From the NCBI RefSeq assembly GCF_007748075.1, contig NZ_CP036280.1, forward strand, positions 2,520,001-2,552,000: DNA of 32,000 bases, read 5' to 3'. A program made the position numbers and the translations under genes. Under the pieces are notes generated by a model. The model made no database searches. It was not told the DNA's origin and saw nothing but the letters and a program-made list of their open reading frames with translations. Origin of the DNA: Mucisphaera calidilacus. Lineage in GTDB: Bacteria; Planctomycetota; Phycisphaerae; Phycisphaerales; Phycisphaeraceae. Positions 8,354 to 16,221 of the stretch are shown here, piece after piece. Position 1 is the first letter of the stretch; every line of letters starts with the position of its first letter.

Positions 8354-8485
8354 GGCACACCCCACCGCGCAAGAGAACGCGGTTCACATCGTCTGCACTC
8401 ATATAGTCGCTTCCCTCTTGATTCGCGCCCCGCCGGGATCTATGGTGAGGGATCAATATAAGATAGCTCGATCGAAAGATCCGCC

Positions 8486-10534
8486 ATGAAGAACCATAAA
8501 CTCCTCGTCGTCTACATCCTCTGCTCCTCCTACGACGACGACGGCTACCCGCGACGCTTCCTCAAAGGCGTCTTCCCCTCCAACACCCTCGGCTGCCTCC
8601 GCGGACTCACCGAGTCGCTCGACGACGAAGGACTCCTCCCGCCCGGCACCTCCGTCGAGGTCCAGACCTACGACGACACCCTCACCACCATCCCCTTCGA
8701 ACGCATCGCTCGACAGGCCTCGCCCGACACCACCGTCGTCGTCGGGCTCGCAGGCGTCCAGACCGGGCAGTTCGCCCGCGCCACCGAGATCGCGCGCGAA
8801 TTCCGCAAACGCAACCTCCCCGTCATGGTCGGCGGCTTCCACGTCAGCGGATCCCTCGCCATGCTCGGCAAGCCCACCCGCGAACTCCGGCAACTCCTCG
8901 ACATCAACGTCTCGCTCGTCCGAGGCGAGGCCGAATCCCCCGAAGCCCTCGCCGAGATCTTCCGCGACGTCCTCGACGGCACCATGAAACCCATCTACGA
9001 AATGCCCGTCGCGCCCGTCATCGGCAACGCCGCGCTCCCACGCGTCCCCGCCGAGTACCGCAAACGGTTCTTCAGCGGATCCCTCGCACCCCTCGACACC
9101 AGCCGCGGCTGCCCCTTCAACTGCTCCTTCTGCACCGTCATCAACGTCCTCGGCCACAAGATGCGCCACCGAACCACCCAACGCGTCCTCGCCGCCGTCG
9201 AACAGGGATACCACGAGGGCATCCGAACCTACTTCTTCGTCGACGACAACATGGCACGAAGCCCCATCTGGGAAGAGATCTTCGACGGCCTCATCGAACT
9301 CCGAACACGAGGCATCGAGATCAGCTTCCTCATGCAGGTCGACACCCTCGCCTACAAGATCCCCAACTTCGTCGACAAGGCCAAGAAGGCCGGCTGCATC
9401 TCCGCCTTCATCGGCATGGAGTCCATCGACCCCGTCAACCTCAAGGCCGTCGGCAAGAAACAGAACCGCGTCCACGACTACGCCCACATGGTCGACACCT
9501 GGCGCGACGCCGACATCATCGTCCACGTCGGCTACATCACCGGACTCCCCAACGACAACCCCGACAACATCGCCGCCGCCGTCGAAACCCTCATCGAACA
9601 GGTCGGCGTCGATCAGGTCTCCTTCTTCAAGCTCACACCCCTCCCCGGCTCCGCCGACCACCGCGACTGCGTCAACAACAGCACCATCCTCGACGACGAC
9701 CTCAACAACTACGACTCCCTCCACACCACCTTCCAGCACCCCAGAATGACCGGCGCCGAGTGGGACCTCGCCTACAAGAAAGCCTGGGAACGCTTCTACA
9801 GCCCCGAGAACATCACACGCGTCCTCCTCCGAGCTCCCAAACGCGCCTACTGGAACCTCTTCTGGATGATGGTCTGGTACCGGTTCTCCATGCTCTCCGC
9901 CGAACACCCCATGTTCAGCGGGTACGTCCGCTTCAAGAACCGACGCGAACGAAGGCCCTCCATGCCCCGCGAGAGCCGACTCCGATTCGCTATGCGACGA
10001 CTCGCCGACATCTGGCGCGGCACGCGACGCACCGCCCAGCTCTTCCTCGAGTTCCAGGAAATCTGGATGCTCACCCGCAAACGCGACGACCCCAAACGAC
10101 GCACCATCGCCGACCTCCGCTGGCGACTCGCCACCGCCACCAAACAGGTCGACGCCGCCGTCGACCCCGTCATCGCCGCCATGCGTGACAACCTCCGATC
10201 CTTCGGAAAAGCCGTCGGACGCGAACAGCGACGCACCCGCGCACGCATGCTCAACGCCACACGATCCATCCGCGCCTACCAGCGTGCCCTCCCCGGCGAA
10301 GCGCAGGCACTCCGCGAACGCGCCCTCCGCGCCTACGAGTCCGTCGTCGCACGCGACCTCAGCCTCCGACAACGACTCACCACGCAGTGGCAACAGCTCG
10401 GCAGCGAACTCCGCAACGGCATGCCCAGCATCCGCAGACTCGCGTGGACGCCCCTCGCCGCCATCCTCGAGCTCGCGCTCAGCGTCCGCTTCTTCATCGC
10501 CTTCCTCACCAAACCACCCGTCCCCGGCGCATAA
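8486..10534 (+). CDS. B12-binding-domain radical SAM protein with long Arg-rich helical C-terminal extension and terminal hydrophobic helix
   Basis: CX3CX2C motif in DTSRGCPFNCSFCTV. N-terminal Rossmann-like segment VVVGLAGVQTGQFARATEIAREFRKRNLPVMVGGFHVSG, typical of the cobalamin-binding domain of class B rSAM enzymes. The final roughly 220 aa are R-rich and helical, ending in LAWTPLAAILELALSVRFFIAFL. Confidence 0.85.
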   Translation: MKNHKLLVVYILCSSYDDDGYPRRFLKGVFPSNTLGCLRGLTESLDDEGLLPPGTSVEVQTYDDTLTTIPFERIARQASPDTTVVVGLAGVQTGQFARATEIAREFRKRNLPVMVGGFHVSGSLAMLGKPTRELRQLLDINVSLVRGEAESPEALAEIFRDVLDGTMKPIYEMPVAPVIGNAALPRVPAEYRKRFFSGSLAPLDTSRGCPFNCSFCTVINVLGHKMRHRTTQRVLAAVEQGYHEGIRTYFFVDDNMARSPIWEEIFDGLIELRTRGIEISFLMQVDTLAYKIPNFVDKAKKAGCISAFIGMESIDPVNLKAVGKKQNRVHDYAHMVDTWRDADIIVHVGYITGLPNDNPDNIAAAVETLIEQVGVDQVSFFKLTPLPGSADHRDCVNNSTILDDDLNNYDSLHTTFQHPRMTGAEWDLAYKKAWERFYSPENITRVLLRAPKRAYWNLFWMMVWYRFSMLSAEHPMFSGYVRFKNRRERRPSMPRESRLRFAMRRLADIWRGTRRTAQLFLEFQEIWMLTRKRDDPKRRTIADLRWRLATATKQVDAAVDPVIAAMRDNLRSFGKAVGREQRRTRARMLNATRSIRAYQRALPGEAQALRERALRAYESVVARDLSLRQRLTTQWQQLGSELRNGMPSIRRLAWTPLAAILELALSVRFFIAFLTKPPVPGA

Positions 10535-10632
10535 TCCGCCCCCGACTACGACAACAACACCGGCAGCAAGCCCCGCAGCCATGCTGCGCAAGCCGGTCCC
10601 TGATAACCTGACACCACCGAAGGGAGCCTCAC

Positions 10633-11241
10633 ATGGAACTCTGGATCGTCCTGCTGATCGTCCTAGGCGTCCTCGCCCTCATCGTTGTCGTCCTCGCACT
10701 CTGGCTCGTCGGCACCTACAACCGTCTCGTCACCCTCCGCAACCGCAACGAGAACGCCTTCTCCCAGATCGACGTCCAGCTCAAGCGACGCTACGACCTC
10801 ATCCCCAACCTCGTCGAATCCGCCAAGGGCTACATGGCCCACGAACGCGAAACCCTCGACGCCGTCATCTCCGCACGCAACCAGGCCATGAAGATCGAGG
10901 CCAACATCGGACCCGGCTTCAACCCCGCCGACATCACCCAGCTCGCCCAGGCCGAGGGAGCCCTCACCGGAGCGCTCGGACGACTCATGGCCGTCATGGA
11001 AGCCTACCCCGATCTCAAGGCCAACCAGAACGTCATGGCCGTCCAGGAAGAACTCACCTCCACCGAGAACAAGATCGCCTTCGCTCGACAGGCCTTCAAC
11101 GACTCGGTCACCACCTACGAGACCTACCGCGAGTCCTTCCCCCCCGTCATCATCGCACCCCTCTTCGGCTTCAAGGAAGCCGCCGTCTGGGAAATCGACG
11201 ACCAGGCCCAACGCGAAGCTCCCAAGGTCAACTTCAACTAA
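10633..11241 (+). CDS. lemA: LemA family membrane protein
   Basis: N-terminal TM helix followed by YNRLVTLRNRNENAFSQIDVQLKRRYDLIPNLVE...MEAYPDLKANQN...ENKIAFARQAFND, the canonical LemA pattern. GGGAG RBS. Confidence 0.9.
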   Translation: MELWIVLLIVLGVLALIVVVLALWLVGTYNRLVTLRNRNENAFSQIDVQLKRRYDLIPNLVESAKGYMAHERETLDAVISARNQAMKIEANIGPGFNPADITQLAQAEGALTGALGRLMAVMEAYPDLKANQNVMAVQEELTSTENKIAFARQAFNDSVTTYETYRESFPPVIIAPLFGFKEAAVWEIDDQAQREAPKVNFN

Positions 11242-11265
11242 ACCCACCCGCCGGGATCACGCGCC

Positions 11266-13254
11266 GTGGCCATGGACTTCTTCGAGCATCAGGACCGCGC
11301 ACGAACCCGATCACTCTGGCTCGTGGTCGCATTCATCCTCGCCGTCCTCGCCATCATCACCGTCGCCTACGCCGCTGTCGTCATCGCCATCTTCGCCCTC
11401 CGCGAAGGAAAACCCATCAATTTCTTCGACCCCAGGCTCGTCCTGGGCGTCGCCGCCGGCGTCGTCGGACTCGTCCTCGCCGCAGCCTTCTACAAGCTCA
11501 GATCCCTCAAACGCGGCGGAGCAGCCATCGCTGAGATGCTCGAAGGAAAACTCCTGCCCCGCGCCACGCACAACGCCGACGAACGAAAACTCCTCAACGT
11601 CGTCGAGGAAATGTCCATCGCCTCAGGCATCCCCATTCCCCCCGTCTACGTCATCGACGAGCCGGGCATCAACGCCTTCGCCGCCGGATACAGCCCCGAC
11701 GACGCCGTCGTCGGCGTCACACGCGGAGCGCTCCGACAACTCGACCGCGATGAACTCCAGGGCGTCATCGCCCACGAATACAGCCACATCCTCAACGGCG
11801 ACATGCGCCTCAACATCCGGCTCATGGGGATGATCTTCGGCATCACCGCCATCGGTTTCGTCGGCTACGGCATCACACGCATCGTCATCGCGGGCGGACG
11901 AGCCCGGGTACACACACGCAGCAACCGAAAAAACGGTGGGGGAGGCGCGATCATCATCTTCCTCGGACTCGGGATCGCGCTCACCATCATCGGGTTCGTC
12001 GGTACCCTCTTCGGCAACATGATCAAGGCCGCCGTCTCACGCCAACGCGAGTACCTCGCCGACGCCGCCGCCGTGCAGTTCACACGCAACCCCGAGGGCA
12101 TCGGCTCCGCACTCCAGAAAATCGGCAGCGTCGGCGCCCGCATGAACCATGCCGAAGCTACCGAACTCAGCCACATGTTCTTCGCCGACGGCGTCTCAAA
12201 CCTCTTCGGCTTCGCGCTCGCCACACACCCGCCGCTCCCCCGACGCATACTCCGCATCCTTCCCGACTGGGATGGCGTCTTCCCCGACGCACAACAGGAA
12301 GGCTACGCACCCGATCAGGACGACAGACACACACGCGAACAACAACGCCAGAAAGACAAACGCACCGAGCACGCCCAGAAACTCCTCGCCATCCTCACCG
12401 CCGGCACCCTCCTCGACAACGCCACACACCACCCCGACGACGCCATCCTGACCATCGGCACGACCTCCAAAAGCCACGCCGACTACGCCCGCCTGCTCCT
12501 CGGCGCCATCCCGCCCCTCATCCGTGACGCCGCCGCCGAACCCTACGGCTGCCGAGTCCTCATCTACGCCTACTTCCTCGATCAAGACCCCGACCAACAG
12601 GCCTTCCAGAAAGACCTCCTCGAACAACACGCCGACACCAATGTCGCCAAGCTCGCAAGCGAACTCCACCAGCACACCACCCGACTCCCCATCGAGATGC
12701 GACTCCCCATCGTCGAACTCTGCATACCCACCCTCTACGAACTCTCTCAACCCCAGTACGAACTGTTCCTCAACGTCATCGACCGCCTCATCCAGACCGA
12801 CGACAAAACCACACTCCGCGAATGGGTGCTCCGACGACTCGCGCGACGCCCCTACGCCGTTCTCTACGAGGGATTCGACACAACCCCCGGCCGACAACGC
12901 ATCAAAGACCTCAAGGATCAGGCCCTCCAACTCCTCTCCCTGCTCGCGCACATCGGCCACAGCGACAAGGAGACCGCACGCCACGCCTTCGCCGCCGGCA
13001 TCAACCACCTCCAGATGAACGCCGACACCCAGATCCTGCCCGAAAGCTTCTGCACCGTCGACCGCTTCGATCACATGATCGACACGCTCAACCAACTCAA
13101 ACCGCTCGAAGTCCGTCGACTCCTCGGGGCCTGCGCCGCCGTCATCAAACACGACCAAAAGATCACCGTGACCGAAGCCGAACTCCTGCGCGTCATCAGC
13201 GAGCAGTTCAGCGTCCCCATGCCACCCATGCTGCCCGGCCAGAAATTCACCTGA
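11266..13254 (+). CDS. M48-family (HtpX-like) zinc metallopeptidase with ~330-aa C-terminal region of unknown function
   Basis: Two N-terminal TM helices, HEYSHILNGD (HExxH), further TM helices, then REYLADAAAVQFTRNP. The long C-terminal region ends in KHDQKITVTEAELLRVISEQFSVP, which resembles TerB-like helical domains. Start is GTG at 11266 or ATG at 11272. Confidence 0.85.
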   Translation: MAMDFFEHQDRARTRSLWLVVAFILAVLAIITVAYAAVVIAIFALREGKPINFFDPRLVLGVAAGVVGLVLAAAFYKLRSLKRGGAAIAEMLEGKLLPRATHNADERKLLNVVEEMSIASGIPIPPVYVIDEPGINAFAAGYSPDDAVVGVTRGALRQLDRDELQGVIAHEYSHILNGDMRLNIRLMGMIFGITAIGFVGYGITRIVIAGGRARVHTRSNRKNGGGGAIIIFLGLGIALTIIGFVGTLFGNMIKAAVSRQREYLADAAAVQFTRNPEGIGSALQKIGSVGARMNHAEATELSHMFFADGVSNLFGFALATHPPLPRRILRILPDWDGVFPDAQQEGYAPDQDDRHTREQQRQKDKRTEHAQKLLAILTAGTLLDNATHHPDDAILTIGTTSKSHADYARLLLGAIPPLIRDAAAEPYGCRVLIYAYFLDQDPDQQAFQKDLLEQHADTNVAKLASELHQHTTRLPIEMRLPIVELCIPTLYELSQPQYELFLNVIDRLIQTDDKTTLREWVLRRLARRPYAVLYEGFDTTPGRQRIKDLKDQALQLLSLLAHIGHSDKETARHAFAAGINHLQMNADTQILPESFCTVDRFDHMIDTLNQLKPLEVRRLLGACAAVIKHDQKITVTEAELLRVISEQFSVPMPPMLPGQKFT

Positions 13255-13256
13255 CC

Positions 13257-14714
13257 TCAGACCCCGTAGACCCTCGCCAACGCACCGCAGTAACGCTCGT
13301 ACACCCCCGCGTACGCCGCCACACCCGACGCACTCGGCTCGACCTCACCCCCCGTCCGGATCAAGCCCTCGCCCACGGCACCGAGATCCGCCGATACGTC
13401 CGAGCCACACGCCTCGGTCCACATCGCCTGAATCGCGCCCCCCAACGCCGCCGACTCCGGCTCCTCAAGCGTCACCACCGGCACACCAAAAACGTCCGCC
13501 GCGACCTGACGCCACAACGCGTTCTTCGAACCCCCGCCCACCACGCGCACCGCGTCAATCGACACGCCCAGGCCCGCCATCCGCTTCGCGCCCCACGCCA
13601 GGTTCAGCGTCGTCCCCTCGATCGCAGCGCGGAACAACACCGCCGGGTCCAGCCACCCGTGACGCATCCCCGTCAGCGTGCCGCTCGCCGTCGGCAGGTC
13701 CGGCACACGCTCGCCCGCCAGGAAAGGCAGCCACAGCAACCCCTCACAGCCCGCCGCCACCGACGACGCCCGCTCCGTCAACGCCCCGTGATCCATCCCG
13801 AACGCCTCACGCACCTCCTCCGTCACGCCCGTCACGTTCATCGTGCACAGCAACGGCAGATAACGACCCGTCGAGTCGCAGAACGGCGCAATCAGCCCGT
13901 CCGGATCAATCACCGCGCGATCCGCACACGCGAACACCGTCCCCGACGTCCCCAGACTCAGCACCACCGGCCCGGGCGTCGTCGCCCCACTCCCGATCGC
14001 GCTCATCATGTTGTCGCCGCCACCCGCCGACACCAACGCCCCCGCGGGAAGCCCGCACCACGACGAGCCCGCCGCCGACACCGCACCCACCGGCTCCGGC
14101 GCCTCCACCAGCTCAGGCAGACGGTCCCCCACGCCGCCACCCATCAGCTCGACCTCCCGCCCGTTGAACCCACGCGCCACCGGGTCAAACAGCCCGCTCC
14201 CCGATGCGTCCCCCACCTCCATCGTCCGACGACCCGTCAGCAGAAAATTGATGTAGTCGTGCGGCAGCATCACCGTCGCCGTCTTCGCCCAGTTCTCCGG
14301 CTCGTGCTCCTGAACCCACAGGATCTTCGACGCCGTGAAACCCGTCGGCACCGCACGCCCGAAACGCTCCGACAACACCGCCGCCTCCGACGCCGTCGCC
14401 GTGTCACACCACAGCTTCGCAGGACGAACCACCCCGCCCGCCGCGTCCAGCAACACCAACCCGTGCTGCTGACCCGACACCCCAACGCCACGCACCGACG
14501 ACAGATCAACCCCCTGATCCGACACCTGACGCAGACAGGCAACCACCGCGTCCGCCCACGTCTTCGGGTCCTGCTCCGCAGCACCCTCGGGCAGACCCGC
14601 GATCAGGTCATACGCCACCGACGCCCGCGCCACCACGCGCCGAGCGTCACCGTCCACCACCAGCGCCTTCGTCGACTGCGTGCCGACATCCAGACCCAGC
14701 CACAAACCACGCAT
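13257..14714 (-). CDS. xylB: xylulokinase (FGGY carbohydrate kinase family)
   Basis: MRGLWLGLDVGTQSTKALVVD...GVSGQQHGLVLLD...LWCDT...FTASKILW...GGGDNMMSAIGSG...VVGGGSKNALWRQVAADVFG. Lies immediately downstream of xylA. Confidence 0.9.
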   Translation of the reverse strand: MRGLWLGLDVGTQSTKALVVDGDARRVVARASVAYDLIAGLPEGAAEQDPKTWADAVVACLRQVSDQGVDLSSVRGVGVSGQQHGLVLLDAAGGVVRPAKLWCDTATASEAAVLSERFGRAVPTGFTASKILWVQEHEPENWAKTATVMLPHDYINFLLTGRRTMEVGDASGSGLFDPVARGFNGREVELMGGGVGDRLPELVEAPEPVGAVSAAGSSWCGLPAGALVSAGGGDNMMSAIGSGATTPGPVVLSLGTSGTVFACADRAVIDPDGLIAPFCDSTGRYLPLLCTMNVTGVTEEVREAFGMDHGALTERASSVAAGCEGLLWLPFLAGERVPDLPTASGTLTGMRHGWLDPAVLFRAAIEGTTLNLAWGAKRMAGLGVSIDAVRVVGGGSKNALWRQVAADVFGVPVVTLEEPESAALGGAIQAMWTEACGSDVSADLGAVGEGLIRTGGEVEPSASGVAAYAGVYERYCGALARVYGV

Positions 14715-14736
14715 AACACCGATCCCTGCCTATGCC

Positions 14737-16047
14737 TCAGAGGTACTCGTTCAACAGGTTCTCCAGCAACTCCTGACGCCCCACCGGCGCACGCATCACG
14801 TTCGTCTTCAACGCGTGCGCCTCCAGCTCCGCCATCGTCGCCTGACCCGACTCGATCTTCTTCCCGATCGCGTTCTCCCAGCCAACGTAACGCTCCTTCA
14901 CCAGCCCGTCGATCTTCCCGTCCGCGATGATCGCCGCGGCAATCTTCAACCCGCGGGCGAACGCGTCCATGCCGCCGATGTGCGCATACACCAGGTCCAC
15001 CGGCTCGGTCGACTGGCGACGCACCTTCGCGTCGAAGTTCAACCCGCCCGTCGTGAAACCGCCCGCACGCAGCAACGTCAGCATCGCCATCGCCGTGTCG
15101 TACAGATTCGTCGGGAACTGGTCCGTGTCCCAGCCGATCAGCAGGTCGCCGCGGTTCGCATCAATCGACCCCAACAACCCGTTGATCGCCGCGTACTCCA
15201 GGTCGTGATGGAAACTGTGCCCCGCCAGCGTCGCGTGGTTCGCCTCGATGTTCAGCTTGAAATCCTTCTCCAGACCGTGCTGCAGCAGGAACGCGTGGCA
15301 CGACTGCGCGTCAAAATCATACTGGTGCGTCGTCGGCTCCTTCGGCTTCGGCTCGATGTAGAACTGACCCGTGAAACCGATCTCCTTCTTGTAATCCACA
15401 GCCAGCCGCAGCAGACGAGCCATGTTCTCCGTCTCACGCCTCAGGTCCGTGTTCAGCAGCGTGTCGTAACCCTCACGCCCGCCCCAGAACACGTACCCCT
15501 CGCCGCCCAACCGGTGCGTCACCTCCATCGCCTTCTTCACCTGCGCCGCGCCGTGCGCAAACACGTCCGCCGACGGACTCGTCCCCGCACCCGCCATGAA
15601 ACGCGGATGAATAAACAGGCACGCCGTCCCCCACAACAACTTCACGCCCGTCGCCTGCTGAAGCGACTCGGCCTGATCCACGATCTCGTCCAGCGCCTTG
15701 TTCGACGCCCCCAGGTCATCCAGCTCCGGCGCAATATCGCGGTCGTGGAAGCACCAGTAAGGCACACCGATCTTCCCGATGAACTCGAACATCGCGTCCA
15801 TCGTCTGACGCGCCGCCGTCATCGCGTCCCCCGCCTCCAGCCACGGCATCTCACGCGTCCCCACACCAAACGGATCAGCACCCGCACCCTTCATGCAGTG
15901 CCAGTACGACGCCGCGAACCGGAGGTGATCCTTCATCGTCTTGCCCGCGACCACCGCCTCCGCGTCGTAGTGCTTGAACGCCAGCGGATTGTCCGACTCC
16001 GGACCCTCGTAAACCACCGTCGGGATGCCCGCGAAATACTCTGCCAT
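14737..16047 (-). CDS. xylA: xylose isomerase
   Basis: 436 aa. FKHYDAE..VAGKTMKDHLRFAASYWH, FHDRD, FWGGREGY, QFYIEPKP.EPT.HQYDFD and LNIEANHATLAGHSFHHD are hallmark class II XylA motifs. Confidence 0.97.
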   Translation of the reverse strand: MAEYFAGIPTVVYEGPESDNPLAFKHYDAEAVVAGKTMKDHLRFAASYWHCMKGAGADPFGVGTREMPWLEAGDAMTAARQTMDAMFEFIGKIGVPYWCFHDRDIAPELDDLGASNKALDEIVDQAESLQQATGVKLLWGTACLFIHPRFMAGAGTSPSADVFAHGAAQVKKAMEVTHRLGGEGYVFWGGREGYDTLLNTDLRRETENMARLLRLAVDYKKEIGFTGQFYIEPKPKEPTTHQYDFDAQSCHAFLLQHGLEKDFKLNIEANHATLAGHSFHHDLEYAAINGLLGSIDANRGDLLIGWDTDQFPTNLYDTAMAMLTLLRAGGFTTGGLNFDAKVRRQSTEPVDLVYAHIGGMDAFARGLKIAAAIIADGKIDGLVKERYVGWENAIGKKIESGQATMAELEAHALKTNVMRAPVGRQELLENLLNEYL

Positions 16048-16099
16048 CGATCAACTCCAGTTCATGGGTAGCACACTCACACGAAACAAAAACACGAAA

Positions 16100-16113
16100 C
16101 GCAACCGGTTGCG
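16100..16113. promoter_or_regulatory. 14-bp perfect palindrome CGCAACCGGTTGCG, candidate LacI-type operator in the xylA/galK divergent region
   Basis: Read directly from the sequence. Lies 53 nt upstream of the xylA ATG and 109 nt upstream of the galK ATG. It has the AA-N-CG-N-TT core symmetry seen in LacI/CcpA-type operators (TGWAANCGNTNWCA). Confidence 0.35.
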
Positions 16114-16221
16114 CTGGCCGCCGGCCGGTTCATCCACACAGTACCAAGTTTCCGCCCAAAAGGCCCACCACGCACCCTAAAACCGCTATCGTGACCCCTC
16201 ACCACCCGGAGATACCCTCCC

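Noticed and set aside
6673-8406. 577-aa + strand ORF overlapping the symporter gene in another frame.
   Set aside because: Its extreme Arg/His/Pro composition is the consequence of reading C/A-rich DNA out of frame. The 6731..8353 frame encodes a canonical multi-TM SSS transporter.
8437-8481. Cluster of four GATC sites as a Dam-methylation regulatory switch.
   Set aside because: GATC is frequent throughout this sequence because GAT-C and ATC codon contexts are common. Without counts or methylome data the enrichment cannot be established. It is kept only as part of the leader-region finding.
8453-10591. 712-aa ORF on the minus strand, the longest in the track.
   Set aside because: It is exactly antisense to the radical SAM gene. 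Its translation is G/D/E/V/A low-complexity sequence with no motifs. It stays open only because A is scarce on that strand, so stops are rare. The + strand frame has clear rSAM motifs.
12822-14930. 702-aa + strand ORF spanning the M48 3' end, xylB and the xylA 3' end.
   Set aside because: R/H/P/T/Q-rich shadow ORF antisense to the well-supported xylB. It crosses three real genes and has no recognisable motifs.
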